Below, in pieces: positions 39,690 through 47,351 of a stretch of DNA of 57,950 nucleotides. The translations under genes and the position numbers were made by a program. Position 1 is the stretch's first letter, and each line of letters starts with the position of its first letter. The notes under the pieces were generated by a model. It did not search any database. It had not been told where the DNA came from and saw nothing but the letters and a program-made list of their open reading frames with translations. The stretch is from a virus (taxonomy: Duplodnaviria > Caudoviricetes). Where the stretch lies: IMG/VR virus record IMGVR_UViG_3300029787_000042, positions 1-57,950 of that record; one strand, given 5' to 3'.

Positions 39690-39857
39690 TTATCGTGTTA
39701 GTAAAAGGTATATGATTGCCCATAGGCTAGTAACGCAACCTAGTATTACAATCAACTCAGTGCCCACTTGTTTAAAGGCTCGCCAAAACTCTACCTTACG
39801 CATCTCGCGCTTGGTTACTATCTTGGCTTGTCTGTCCCACAGTCTGATGTCTCTCAC
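39690..39857 (-). CDS. Small protein with C-terminal TM helix
   Basis: GTG start after AGGAG overlapping the upstream TGA; hydrophobic LIVILGCVTSLWAIIYLLL. Confidence 0.55.
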   Translation of the reverse strand: MRDIRLWDRQAKIVTKREMRKVEFWRAFKQVGTELIVILGCVTSLWAIIYLLLTR

Positions 39858-40036
39858 TTCTCTTCTCCTTGCGTTTGTCTCCAGTAGTGTTTGAGTTGAG
39901 CGTCTAGCCCTGAGGTGATGGTATTTATCTTCTTGGCGCAATCTCTCAAGTTGTGATATCCATATGGGACTTCTTCTTTTTCCATAGCGAGTTCTCGCGC
40001 TCGTTCTTCTACAAAGGTTTGCCATTCATTGCTCAT
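39854..40036 (-). CDS. First gene of the early operon, hypothetical
   Basis: AAGGA RBS; first ORF downstream of the consensus promoter. Confidence 0.6.
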   Translation of the reverse strand: MSNEWQTFVEERARELAMEKEEVPYGYHNLRDCAKKINTITSGLDAQLKHYWRQTQGEEK

Positions 40037-40057
40037 GTCTATATTCCTTGTCGTTTT

Positions 40058-40075
40058 GTTATAACACGTTATAAC
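40058..40075. promoter_or_regulatory. GTTATAAC-AC-GTTATAAC operator-like site 2
   Basis: Same CCTTRTCGTTTT flank as site 1; lies between promoter and RBS. Confidence 0.65.
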
Positions 40076-40141
40076 ATTTTGAGTTGTGGTAACAAGTTAC
40101 CGTGTAAAAGTGGACAGGATAAATCTCTCAGCCACATTACC

Positions 40142-40169
40142 ATTATACAGGAGTGACAGCTTATGTCAA
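40142..40169 (-). promoter_or_regulatory. Strong sigma70-type early promoter
   Basis: Minus strand exact TTGACA-N16-TATAAT pointing into the early operon. Confidence 0.8.
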
Positions 40170-40248
40170 GTTATGGGTATACGTGTCAGGGAGTGGGGAG
40201 AAGTGTATTGTAATGTATTGTAATGTAATGTTACATAGTTGTGGTCGG

Positions 40249-40261
40249 TAAGTCATTGATA
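40249..40261 (-). promoter_or_regulatory. IHF-consensus site
   Basis: Minus strand TATCAATGACTTA matches WATCAANNNNTTR. Confidence 0.5.
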
Positions 40262-40566
40262 TATCTACAATGTTACAAAGTTACATTTTACAGGGGAAAA
40301 TAGGTCGCTCGATCACCCCCAAATAAATTTGTAACAATGTAGAAAATTCTATGAGAGTTAAATACTATTTTGAAAATGTAACATTATAAGTATGTATTAA
40401 TAAAAACATATAAATAGATAAGATCTGATACTTTGACTATGGCAAACCTGCACAAACCTGCACATTATCTGATACGATAACGCACTAAAATATAATGTTA
40501 CATTTTGCCCTTAAATTTTGTAACATTATGTAACATTAGGGGGGGTATTTTGTAACATTGTATATT

Positions 40567-40579
40567 TATCAACGACTTA
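40567..40579 (+). promoter_or_regulatory. IHF-consensus site
   Basis: TATCAACGACTTA matches WATCAANNNNTTR; inverted partner of 40249-40261 (12/13 identical). Confidence 0.5.
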
Positions 40580-40584
40580 CGTTG

Positions 40585-40675
40585 TAACAAAAGGCTCAAC
40601 GCGAAGCTGGAACTGGTATCACAATGTTATAACGTGTTATAACAAAAGGCTCAACGCGGACTAGGAACTGGTATC
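40585..40675 (+). repeat. 36-bp imperfect direct repeat x2
   Basis: TAACAAAAGGCTCAACGCG-N5-GGAACTGGTATC at 40585-40620 and 40640-40675. Confidence 0.9.
40626..40643. promoter_or_regulatory. GTTATAAC-GT-GTTATAAC operator-like site 3
   Basis: 40623-40647 is the exact 25-bp reverse complement of 40054-40078. Confidence 0.65.
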
Positions 40676-40696
40676 GTAGGTACTTTTTGATGGGCG

Positions 40697-40722
40697 AAAA
40701 AAAAGCCCCACCGAAGTGGGGC
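40697..40722 (-). terminator. Rho-independent terminator
   Basis: Minus strand GCCCCAC-TTCG-GTGGGGC-T8, just after the 40731 stop. Confidence 0.9.
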
Positions 40723-40730
40723 ATATTTGG

Positions 40731-41333
40731 TTAGTGAATTGGATCTGGTTGAAGTAGTGCGACAATCTTAGCTCTTAACTTGCTAATCTCCAGAGCGGTA
40801 TCTTCTGGCAGATTGTTAAGACACCAATTCTGGAGGTCGGTCTCTTTCTTGATTGCCTTCATCGCTAGTGCATTCGCCTCATCAACTACCTTATCGCCAG
40901 TCTTTGGCATAGATGGTTGCTGTGGTGCTCTCTCTGTTTTGGGCTTTGGAATCTGCCTATTCTTTAGATCGCGTTTAAACGCTGACATATAAGCACCGAT
41001 GGATTGTTGAACCTCGCGTTTGTCTATCTTACCTTGATCACTTAGCGCCTTAGTAGATGCGCCCAATAGATTGCGTTTAGTAGCACTAAACCCTGACACC
41101 ACGGCATCTTTCAATGCGTCATATAGTTCGGTGGTAGCTGTAGATTCGCCAGATTTACCATTGGGACTAATAAAGTCTGTCCAAAACATACCATCAGCAA
41201 TCAACTGATCAACTGCCTTGGTCTGTATACCTTCAGACTTGATAGCTAATTTAACTGCGTTACTTATTGATTCCTTGCCTTTGTTAGTCAGGCGCGTAGG
41301 TACTGCTCTTACTTCATTTATATATGTACTCAT
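40731..41333 (-). CDS. Monocistronic putative immediate-early protein
   Basis: 200-aa ORF with its own promoter candidate and terminator. Confidence 0.75.
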   Translation of the reverse strand: MSTYINEVRAVPTRLTNKGKESISNAVKLAIKSEGIQTKAVDQLIADGMFWTDFISPNGKSGESTATTELYDALKDAVVSGFSATKRNLLGASTKALSDQGKIDKREVQQSIGAYMSAFKRDLKNRQIPKPKTERAPQQPSMPKTGDKVVDEANALAMKAIKKETDLQNWCLNNLPEDTALEISKLRAKIVALLQPDPIH

Positions 41334-41387
41334 GTTTATATACTCTTTAGTTATTTACACTTCAACGTTATTGCTGAAGATGGTCAC

Positions 41388-41415
41388 ATAATAACAAGTT
41401 TACACATAAATACAA
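41388..41415 (-). promoter_or_regulatory. Putative sigma70 promoter with extended -10
   Basis: Minus strand TTGTAT-N16-TATTAT with TGn preceding the -10. Confidence 0.45.
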
Positions 41416-41432
41416 TAGATAGCTTACAGAAA

Positions 41433-41450
41433 GTTATAACATGTTATAAC
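41433..41450. promoter_or_regulatory. GTTATAAC-AT-GTTATAAC operator-like site 4
   Basis: 41428-41452 is the exact 25-bp reverse complement of 38097-38121. Confidence 0.65.
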
Positions 41451-41476
41451 AATCGACAATCTGACACTATTCGATA

Positions 41477-41606
41477 CCTACCCCCTCCCCACCCCCCGCG
41501 CGACACATATGGGACTCTGTCAGTCTATATATTACTAATTCACACAAACAAATCGTATTTTTATGAGTTCAGACCCCCACCCCCTCTATATAAGAAACCC
41601 CCCACC
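41477..41606. other. C-tract cluster at the divergence point; candidate genome terminus or packaging site
   Basis: Six C-runs of 4-6 nt within 130 bp of AT-rich DNA, between the divergent arms, upstream of the terminase genes. Confidence 0.4.
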
Positions 41607-41668
41607 TTGTTTTTGAAACACAATTGTAAAAAATTTTTTGTACAGTTATTCTGGGTTTAGGAGCTGCT

Positions 41669-42088
41669 ATGAACGGTATTGATAGAACTAGTAACTCTAG
41701 CCATGTAGGACGTATAGGCGAGTTTTTTGCCATGTACATACTAGAAAAAAATGGTATAGAGTGTCACCATGTCGATAGATCCGGCATAGATTTGTGGTGT
41801 CAGTCTTATAACGATGCTATGTTTACAGTACAAGTGAAAGCAGCTAACGTATGTATTATGAGCACTAATAAAGGTAACAAACTTAGATACGTGTACAATT
41901 TACGATCTAAAAAAATAGCCGACTTTTATGTGTTTGTAGCTTTAGATATAGAAAGATTACTAGTTAGAAGTACAGAAGAACTAGGATGTAAAAAGTCTAT
42001 TCAACTACACCCAAACCTATTTAATGCAGAGTCCCAAGCAGGTGGTATGGAAACTCTTTGGAACTTTACAAAGGAAAATGCTCGCTAA
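41669..42088 (+). CDS. PD-(D/E)XK endonuclease-like protein
   Basis: GRIGE...GIDL...VQVKA; AGGAG RBS. Confidence 0.75.
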   Translation: MNGIDRTSNSSHVGRIGEFFAMYILEKNGIECHHVDRSGIDLWCQSYNDAMFTVQVKAANVCIMSTNKGNKLRYVYNLRSKKIADFYVFVALDIERLLVRSTEELGCKKSIQLHPNLFNAESQAGGMETLWNFTKENAR

Positions 42089-42142
42089 GTATAAAAGGAT
42101 ATGGTACAAATGCGCTTACGGTGAATAACCTGCAAATAAAAT

Positions 42143-42748
42143 ATGACTTTACAACTAGAACCAGAGTTAGGTGTACCTATTTCAGATAAAATTTTACGTG
42201 TCGATCTAAAAGAACGCGTAAAATCAGCGGCTAACACCTCTTTAGAACTAGCAGAACACGATTTAGATCTAGAACCTACTAAGGATGATAAAGATGTAGC
42301 TGCTAAATTAGCTATAGCTTATGCAGACGACCCCGAAACTACCTCTAAAAAGGTAAACAATACCCGTGCTTCTACCCTAACACCTGCCTCATTGGTGTTA
42401 ACTAACAATATTTTGCAAGAGTTTGGGCAATCAGTGGTAGATAGTGCCCTACAAGTACGCCATTTAGTGACTAATAAGTTGTTATTAGAGACAGAAAACC
42501 CTGATCCACGGGTAAGAATCCGCGCATTAGAGCTTTTAGGTAAAGTTTCTGATGTTGGTTTGTTTGCAGAGAAGTCAGAAATGGTAATAACACACCAATC
42601 AACGGATGATTTAAAGGCAAAGTTACGTGATAAGTTAGAAAAGTTAGTAAACCCTCCTGAAGAAATAGAGGAAGCTATAATTATTGATGGTGAACCTCTT
42701 GACGTAGACACGGAATTAGATTCTAACGGCGAAGAATACGATGACTAA
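42143..42748 (+). CDS. Putative terminase small subunit
   Basis: Directly upstream of and overlapping TerL; helical RIRALELLGK..VGLF motif. Confidence 0.6.
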   Translation: MTLQLEPELGVPISDKILRVDLKERVKSAANTSLELAEHDLDLEPTKDDKDVAAKLAIAYADDPETTSKKVNNTRASTLTPASLVLTNNILQEFGQSVVDSALQVRHLVTNKLLLETENPDPRVRIRALELLGKVSDVGLFAEKSEMVITHQSTDDLKAKLRDKLEKLVNPPEEIEEAIIIDGEPLDVDTELDSNGEEYDD

Positions 42749-44294
42749 ACATAGTAAAGAATTTTCTGAAGAAGAAATACAAAGAATGTTAGACAATCTG
42801 GATGCTTTTAGCCAAGAAGAGGTAATAGAGATTAACCGCTTGGTAGATGAACTAGCTATTCGCAGAGAAAACGCTTTGGCATACAATGATTTAATTGAAT
42901 TTTGTAAAAGAATGATGCCAGAATTCTTAGTAGGCAAGCACCACAGGATATTAGCTAACATGTTAATGTCTATAGAACAGGGAAACAAAGACAGGGTATG
43001 TGTAAACATACCACCACGTCATGGCAAGTCTCAATTAGTATCTATTTTCTTTCCTGCATGGTATTTAGGCAGAAATCCCGACAAAAAAGTGATGATGGTG
43101 TCTCACACAACAGATTTAGCTGTAGATTTTGGACGAAAAGTGCGTAATCTTATCTCTACCGCTGATTATAAGACCATATTTCCTACTGTAGCCCTTGCTG
43201 TAGACTCTAAATCAGCAGGAAGGTGGAATACAAACTCAGGTGGAGAGTATTATGCCTGTGGTGTTGGCTCTGCGCTAGCTGGTAGGGGAGCAGATTTATT
43301 ACTTGTAGATGATCCGCACTCTGAGCAAGACGTGATTAACGGAAACTTTTCGGTATTTGAGAAAGCATACGAGTGGTACACGTTCGGTGCTCGGACACGA
43401 CTAATGCCCGCAGGTAAAGTAGCAATAATACAAACTCGTTGGCATATGGACGACCTGACGGGACGTGTTGTTAAAGATATGGCGCAAAATGAGAGATCTG
43501 ATCAGTTTGAAGTAATTGAATTTCCTGCTATATTAGAAGTAGAAGACAAAAAAACTAAAAAACCTGTGGAGAAACCGTTATGGCCTGAGTTTTTTGATTT
43601 AGAGGCACTAAAACGCACAAAAGCGTCAATGCCTGTATTTCAATGGAACGCACAATACCAACAGCAACCCACCGCCGAAGAGGCTGCTTTAGTAAAAAGA
43701 GAGTGGTGGAATATATGGGAACAAGATAGGCCACCGTCTTGTGAATATATTATAATGTCTTTAGATGCGGCGGCAGAAAAACACAACCGAGCGGATTATA
43801 CAGCATTAACTACGTGGGGGGTATTCCTAAATGAGGAGACTTCTGCGTATAATATAATATTGCTAAACAGTATAAAAGAGCGTATAGAGTTCCATGAGCT
43901 AAAAGAACTGGCTATGCAAGAGTATACAGATTGGGAACCAGACTCGTTTATAGTAGAAAAAAAGAGTTCTGGTGTTGCATTGTATCAAGAAATGCGACGA
44001 ATGGGATTACCTGTGTCGGAGTACACTCCTCATAGAGGGTCGGGGGATAAGTTAGCACGTTTAAACTCCGTATCTGACATGGTGCAATCAGGGTTAGTTT
44101 GGGTTCCGCCCTCTAGATGGGCAGAAGAAGTGGTAGAAGAGATAGCGGGGTTTCCGTTTATGAGTCACGATGACTTGGTAGATTCTACTGTAATGGCATT
44201 AATGAGGTTTAGACAAGGTGGGTTTGTACGTTTACCTACGGATGAGCCAGAAGATATTCAATATTTTAAGCAGCGAAGAGGCGGCTACTATTAA
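42741..44294 (+). CDS. terL: Terminase large subunit
   Basis: PPRHGKS Walker A, LLVDDPH Walker B, TRWH, YQQQP, SLD and DDLVDS nuclease motifs. Confidence 0.95.
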   Translation: MTKHSKEFSEEEIQRMLDNLDAFSQEEVIEINRLVDELAIRRENALAYNDLIEFCKRMMPEFLVGKHHRILANMLMSIEQGNKDRVCVNIPPRHGKSQLVSIFFPAWYLGRNPDKKVMMVSHTTDLAVDFGRKVRNLISTADYKTIFPTVALAVDSKSAGRWNTNSGGEYYACGVGSALAGRGADLLLVDDPHSEQDVINGNFSVFEKAYEWYTFGARTRLMPAGKVAIIQTRWHMDDLTGRVVKDMAQNERSDQFEVIEFPAILEVEDKKTKKPVEKPLWPEFFDLEALKRTKASMPVFQWNAQYQQQPTAEEAALVKREWWNIWEQDRPPSCEYIIMSLDAAAEKHNRADYTALTTWGVFLNEETSAYNIILLNSIKERIEFHELKELAMQEYTDWEPDSFIVEKKSSGVALYQEMRRMGLPVSEYTPHRGSGDKLARLNSVSDMVQSGLVWVPPSRWAEEVVEEIAGFPFMSHDDLVDSTVMALMRFRQGGFVRLPTDEPEDIQYFKQRRGGYY

Positions 44295-44305
44295 GAGGCT
44301 AGGTC

Positions 44306-46768
44306 ATGGCGATTGAAAAAGGTATATATTCTGCTCCCAAAGGAATAGAAGAAGAAATAGATATAGCATCGGCAGATAAAACAGTCGATCAAGAACTAGA
44401 AATTGAAATTGTAAATCCCGACATGGTTACTTTAGATGATGGTTCTGTAGAAATTACTATTTTACCTACAAATAACATCATGGGAAGTTTTAGTAGTAAT
44501 ATTGCTGAAGAGTTAGATGAAGATGTACTAGCTGTGTTAGCTGATGATTTATCAGGAATGGTATCTTCTGATGTAGATAGTCGAAAAGATTGGGCTGACA
44601 CATACGTCAAAGGGTTGGATATTGTAGGATTTAAGTACGAAGAGCGTACTGAACCTTGGGATGGTGCTTGTGGAGTAAACTCTACTGTGCTATCTGAAGC
44701 AGTTATCCGTTTTCAAGCGGAGACTATGAGTGAGACATTTCCCTCATCTGGCCCTGTAAGAGTAAAAATACTAGGCGAAGAAACAAAAGAAAAAGAAGAA
44801 GCTGCTAACCGCGTTAAAGCTGACATGAATTACCAACTAACTGAAGAAATGGTTGAGTATCGTCCTGAACATGAGCGTATGTTGTATAGTCTAGGACTTG
44901 CAGGATCAGCGTTTAAGAAGGTTTATTTTGACCCTAACATTGGTAGGCAAGTAGCTGTATACGTTCCAGCAGAAGACGTTATTGTGCCTTATGGGGCTTC
45001 TAATATAGAGTCTGCCGAACGTGTAACTCATGTCATGCGTAAGACTAAAAACGACATACGTAAGCTACAATTAAGTGGTTTTTACCGCGATATAGATTTA
45101 GGTGAACCAGAATCATTTCATACTGACATTGAAGAAAAGAAAGCTGAAGACGGTGGTTTTTCTTTAACAGATGATGATCGTTATTCTTTATATGAGATAC
45201 ATGCAGATTTAACTATTGATGGGTTAGATGATGGCGATGATGTAGCTAAACCTTACATTGTTACTATGGAGCGTGGATCTAACGAAATATTGTCTATAAG
45301 ACGTAATTGGAACGAAGATGACGAGTTGATGTTAAAGCGTCAACACTTTGTACATTATGTATATATTCCCGGATTTGGTTTCTACGGTCTTGGTCTGATC
45401 CACATAATTGGTGGGTATGCTAGAGCAGGAACCTCGCTCATACGACAGCTAGTAGATGCTGGTACATTGTCAAATCTTCCGGGGGGTCTGAAGGCTCGCG
45501 GACTACGAATTAAAGGCGATGATACTCCTATAGAGCCGGGAGAGTGGAAAGATGTAGACGTACCATCTGGCAGCATTAGAGAGAATATAATGCCGCTTCC
45601 ATACAAAGAACCAAGCCAAACATTACTTGCGTTACTTAATCAAATAACTACTGAAGGCCGCCGTCTAGGTGCTATTAGTGATATGGACATATCTGATATG
45701 TCTGCTAATGCTCCTGTGGGAACTACACTAGCGTTGTTAGAAAGAACTCTAAAACCTATGGCTGCGGTACAAGCTCGTGTCCATTATGCCATGAAGCAAG
45801 AGTTTAAAATGCTTAAAAATATAATGGCGGAATACGCTCCTGAAGAATATGATTACCAGCCTTCACGAGGTGAAATATCTGCGCGTCAAGCAGACTATAT
45901 GATGGTTGATGTAATACCTGTTAGTGATCCTAACAGCTCTACTATGGCTCAACGTGTAGTACAGTATCAAGCTGTATTGCAGATGTCTCAACAAGCTCCG
46001 CAGATATATAATCTGCCGCAACTGCATCGTCAAATGATAGAAGTCATGGGTATAAAGAACGCAGACAAACTTGTACCTACAAAAGACGATACAGCACCTA
46101 CAGATCCTGTAAGCGAAAATATGAACGCGCTAACTGGTACCCCCATAAAAGCGTTCTTATATCAAGACCACGAAGCACACATTGCTACGCACCAAGCGTT
46201 TATGCAAGACCCTATGGTTGCACAAACTATTGGACAAAACCCACAAGCACAACAGATTATGGCATCTCTAAATGCGCATATCGCAGAGCATCTTGGGTTT
46301 AGATACCGTAAACAAATGGAAGAAAAGTTAGGCGCTACATTACCACCACCAAACGAAGAGTTGCCAGAAGAAATTGAGATTCAATTAGCACGGCTCGTTG
46401 CCGAAGGTGGCAAGCAGCTTACTCAACAACATCAACAAGAAGCAGCGCAAAAACAAGCGCAAGCACAACAGCAAGATCCTATGTTCCAGCTACAACAAGC
46501 AGAACTACAGGTTAAGCAACAAGAAGTACAACGTAAGGCTCAGAAAGATCAAGCCGATACGCAAGTTAAACAAGCAGAACTTCAGCGAAAGACCCAAAAG
46601 GATCAAGCTGATGCAACTATAGATCTAGAACAACTCAAGCTTGATAGGCAAGAGTTGGAAATAGATGCCCAGAAAGCGGGCGCAAAACTAGCTGCGGACA
46701 GAAGAGTGGCTAGCAATAAACTTGACCTTGATCTTATGAGAGAGGTTACTAACAAACGTAAGGAATAA
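44306..46768 (+). CDS. Portal protein with long Q-rich C-terminal coiled coil
   Basis: Follows TerL; GSAFKKVYFD and GFYGLGLIH motifs; barrel-like helical tail. Confidence 0.85.
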   Translation: MAIEKGIYSAPKGIEEEIDIASADKTVDQELEIEIVNPDMVTLDDGSVEITILPTNNIMGSFSSNIAEELDEDVLAVLADDLSGMVSSDVDSRKDWADTYVKGLDIVGFKYEERTEPWDGACGVNSTVLSEAVIRFQAETMSETFPSSGPVRVKILGEETKEKEEAANRVKADMNYQLTEEMVEYRPEHERMLYSLGLAGSAFKKVYFDPNIGRQVAVYVPAEDVIVPYGASNIESAERVTHVMRKTKNDIRKLQLSGFYRDIDLGEPESFHTDIEEKKAEDGGFSLTDDDRYSLYEIHADLTIDGLDDGDDVAKPYIVTMERGSNEILSIRRNWNEDDELMLKRQHFVHYVYIPGFGFYGLGLIHIIGGYARAGTSLIRQLVDAGTLSNLPGGLKARGLRIKGDDTPIEPGEWKDVDVPSGSIRENIMPLPYKEPSQTLLALLNQITTEGRRLGAISDMDISDMSANAPVGTTLALLERTLKPMAAVQARVHYAMKQEFKMLKNIMAEYAPEEYDYQPSRGEISARQADYMMVDVIPVSDPNSSTMAQRVVQYQAVLQMSQQAPQIYNLPQLHRQMIEVMGIKNADKLVPTKDDTAPTDPVSENMNALTGTPIKAFLYQDHEAHIATHQAFMQDPMVAQTIGQNPQAQQIMASLNAHIAEHLGFRYRKQMEEKLGATLPPPNEELPEEIEIQLARLVAEGGKQLTQQHQQEAAQKQAQAQQQDPMFQLQQAELQVKQQEVQRKAQKDQADTQVKQAELQRKTQKDQADATIDLEQLKLDRQELEIDAQKAGAKLAADRRVASNKLDLDLMREVTNKRKE

Positions 46769-46770
46769 GT

Positions 46771-46968
46771 ATGGCTACTACCGTCTTTGACGTGCTAACA
46801 AAACAAATCGAGGATGCTACATTCTCAGCAAAAGAGTTTCTTGAAAATGGTTCGGCTACAGATTACGCGAACTATCGAGAAGTGGTTGGTTTGATACGAG
46901 GTCTTCAAACTAGCTTATCTTTCGTAAAAGACCTTTCGCGAAATTATATGGATGATGACAATGACTGA
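46771..46968 (+). CDS. Small conserved head-module protein
   Basis: YREVVGLIRGL; AAGGA RBS; between portal and GroES. Confidence 0.7.
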   Translation: MATTVFDVLTKQIEDATFSAKEFLENGSATDYANYREVVGLIRGLQTSLSFVKDLSRNYMDDDND

Positions 46969-47341
46969 TTTAACACCAAACCCCGAAGTAATTGAAGAAG
47001 AGTTAGAACATCAAATACCTATTCCTGTAGGTTATAGGATTTTGATAGCAATGCCTGAAGTAGAAGATACTTACGGCGATAGCGGAATTATCAAATCAAG
47101 TAAGGAAATGCATCACGATTATATTATGTCTACTATTGGACTTGTATTAGATATAGGTGGACAAGCTTATTCGGATAAAGACCGTTTCCCTGATGGCCCT
47201 TGGTGCAAGGTAGGAGATTATGTCATGTTTCGTGCTAACACAGGAACAAGATTTAAAGTAGGTGGTGTCGAGTATCGGTTAATGAATGATGACTCGGTTG
47301 AAGCAATAGTTAACGATCCTCGTGGCGTTACACGAGTGTAA
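46952..47341 (+). CDS. groES: Co-chaperonin GroES-like
   Basis: P.GYRILI, SGII mobile loop, GLVLDIG, KVGDYVMF...GT.FK..G.EYRLMNDDSVEAIV. Confidence 0.88.
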   Translation: MMTMTDLTPNPEVIEEELEHQIPIPVGYRILIAMPEVEDTYGDSGIIKSSKEMHHDYIMSTIGLVLDIGGQAYSDKDRFPDGPWCKVGDYVMFRANTGTRFKVGGVEYRLMNDDSVEAIVNDPRGVTRV

Positions 47342-47351
47342 GGAGAATAAC

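Larger units (their letters stand above)
40229..40589. repeat. Iteron-like TGTWACA cluster, candidate replication origin
   Basis: Nine exact copies at 40229, 40271, 40330, 40377, 40496, 40519, 40529, 40551, 40583 in both orientations around an AT-rich core. Confidence 0.6.

Noticed and set aside
39690-40025. 111-aa ORF as listed
   Set aside because: Its N-terminal half overlaps 39854-40036, which has the RBS; a GTG start at 39857 with its own RBS fits better
40585-40675. 36-bp repeats as a CRISPR mini-array
   Set aside because: Only two imperfect copies, a 19-nt spacer that is itself the operator motif, no palindromic repeat structure and no cas operon
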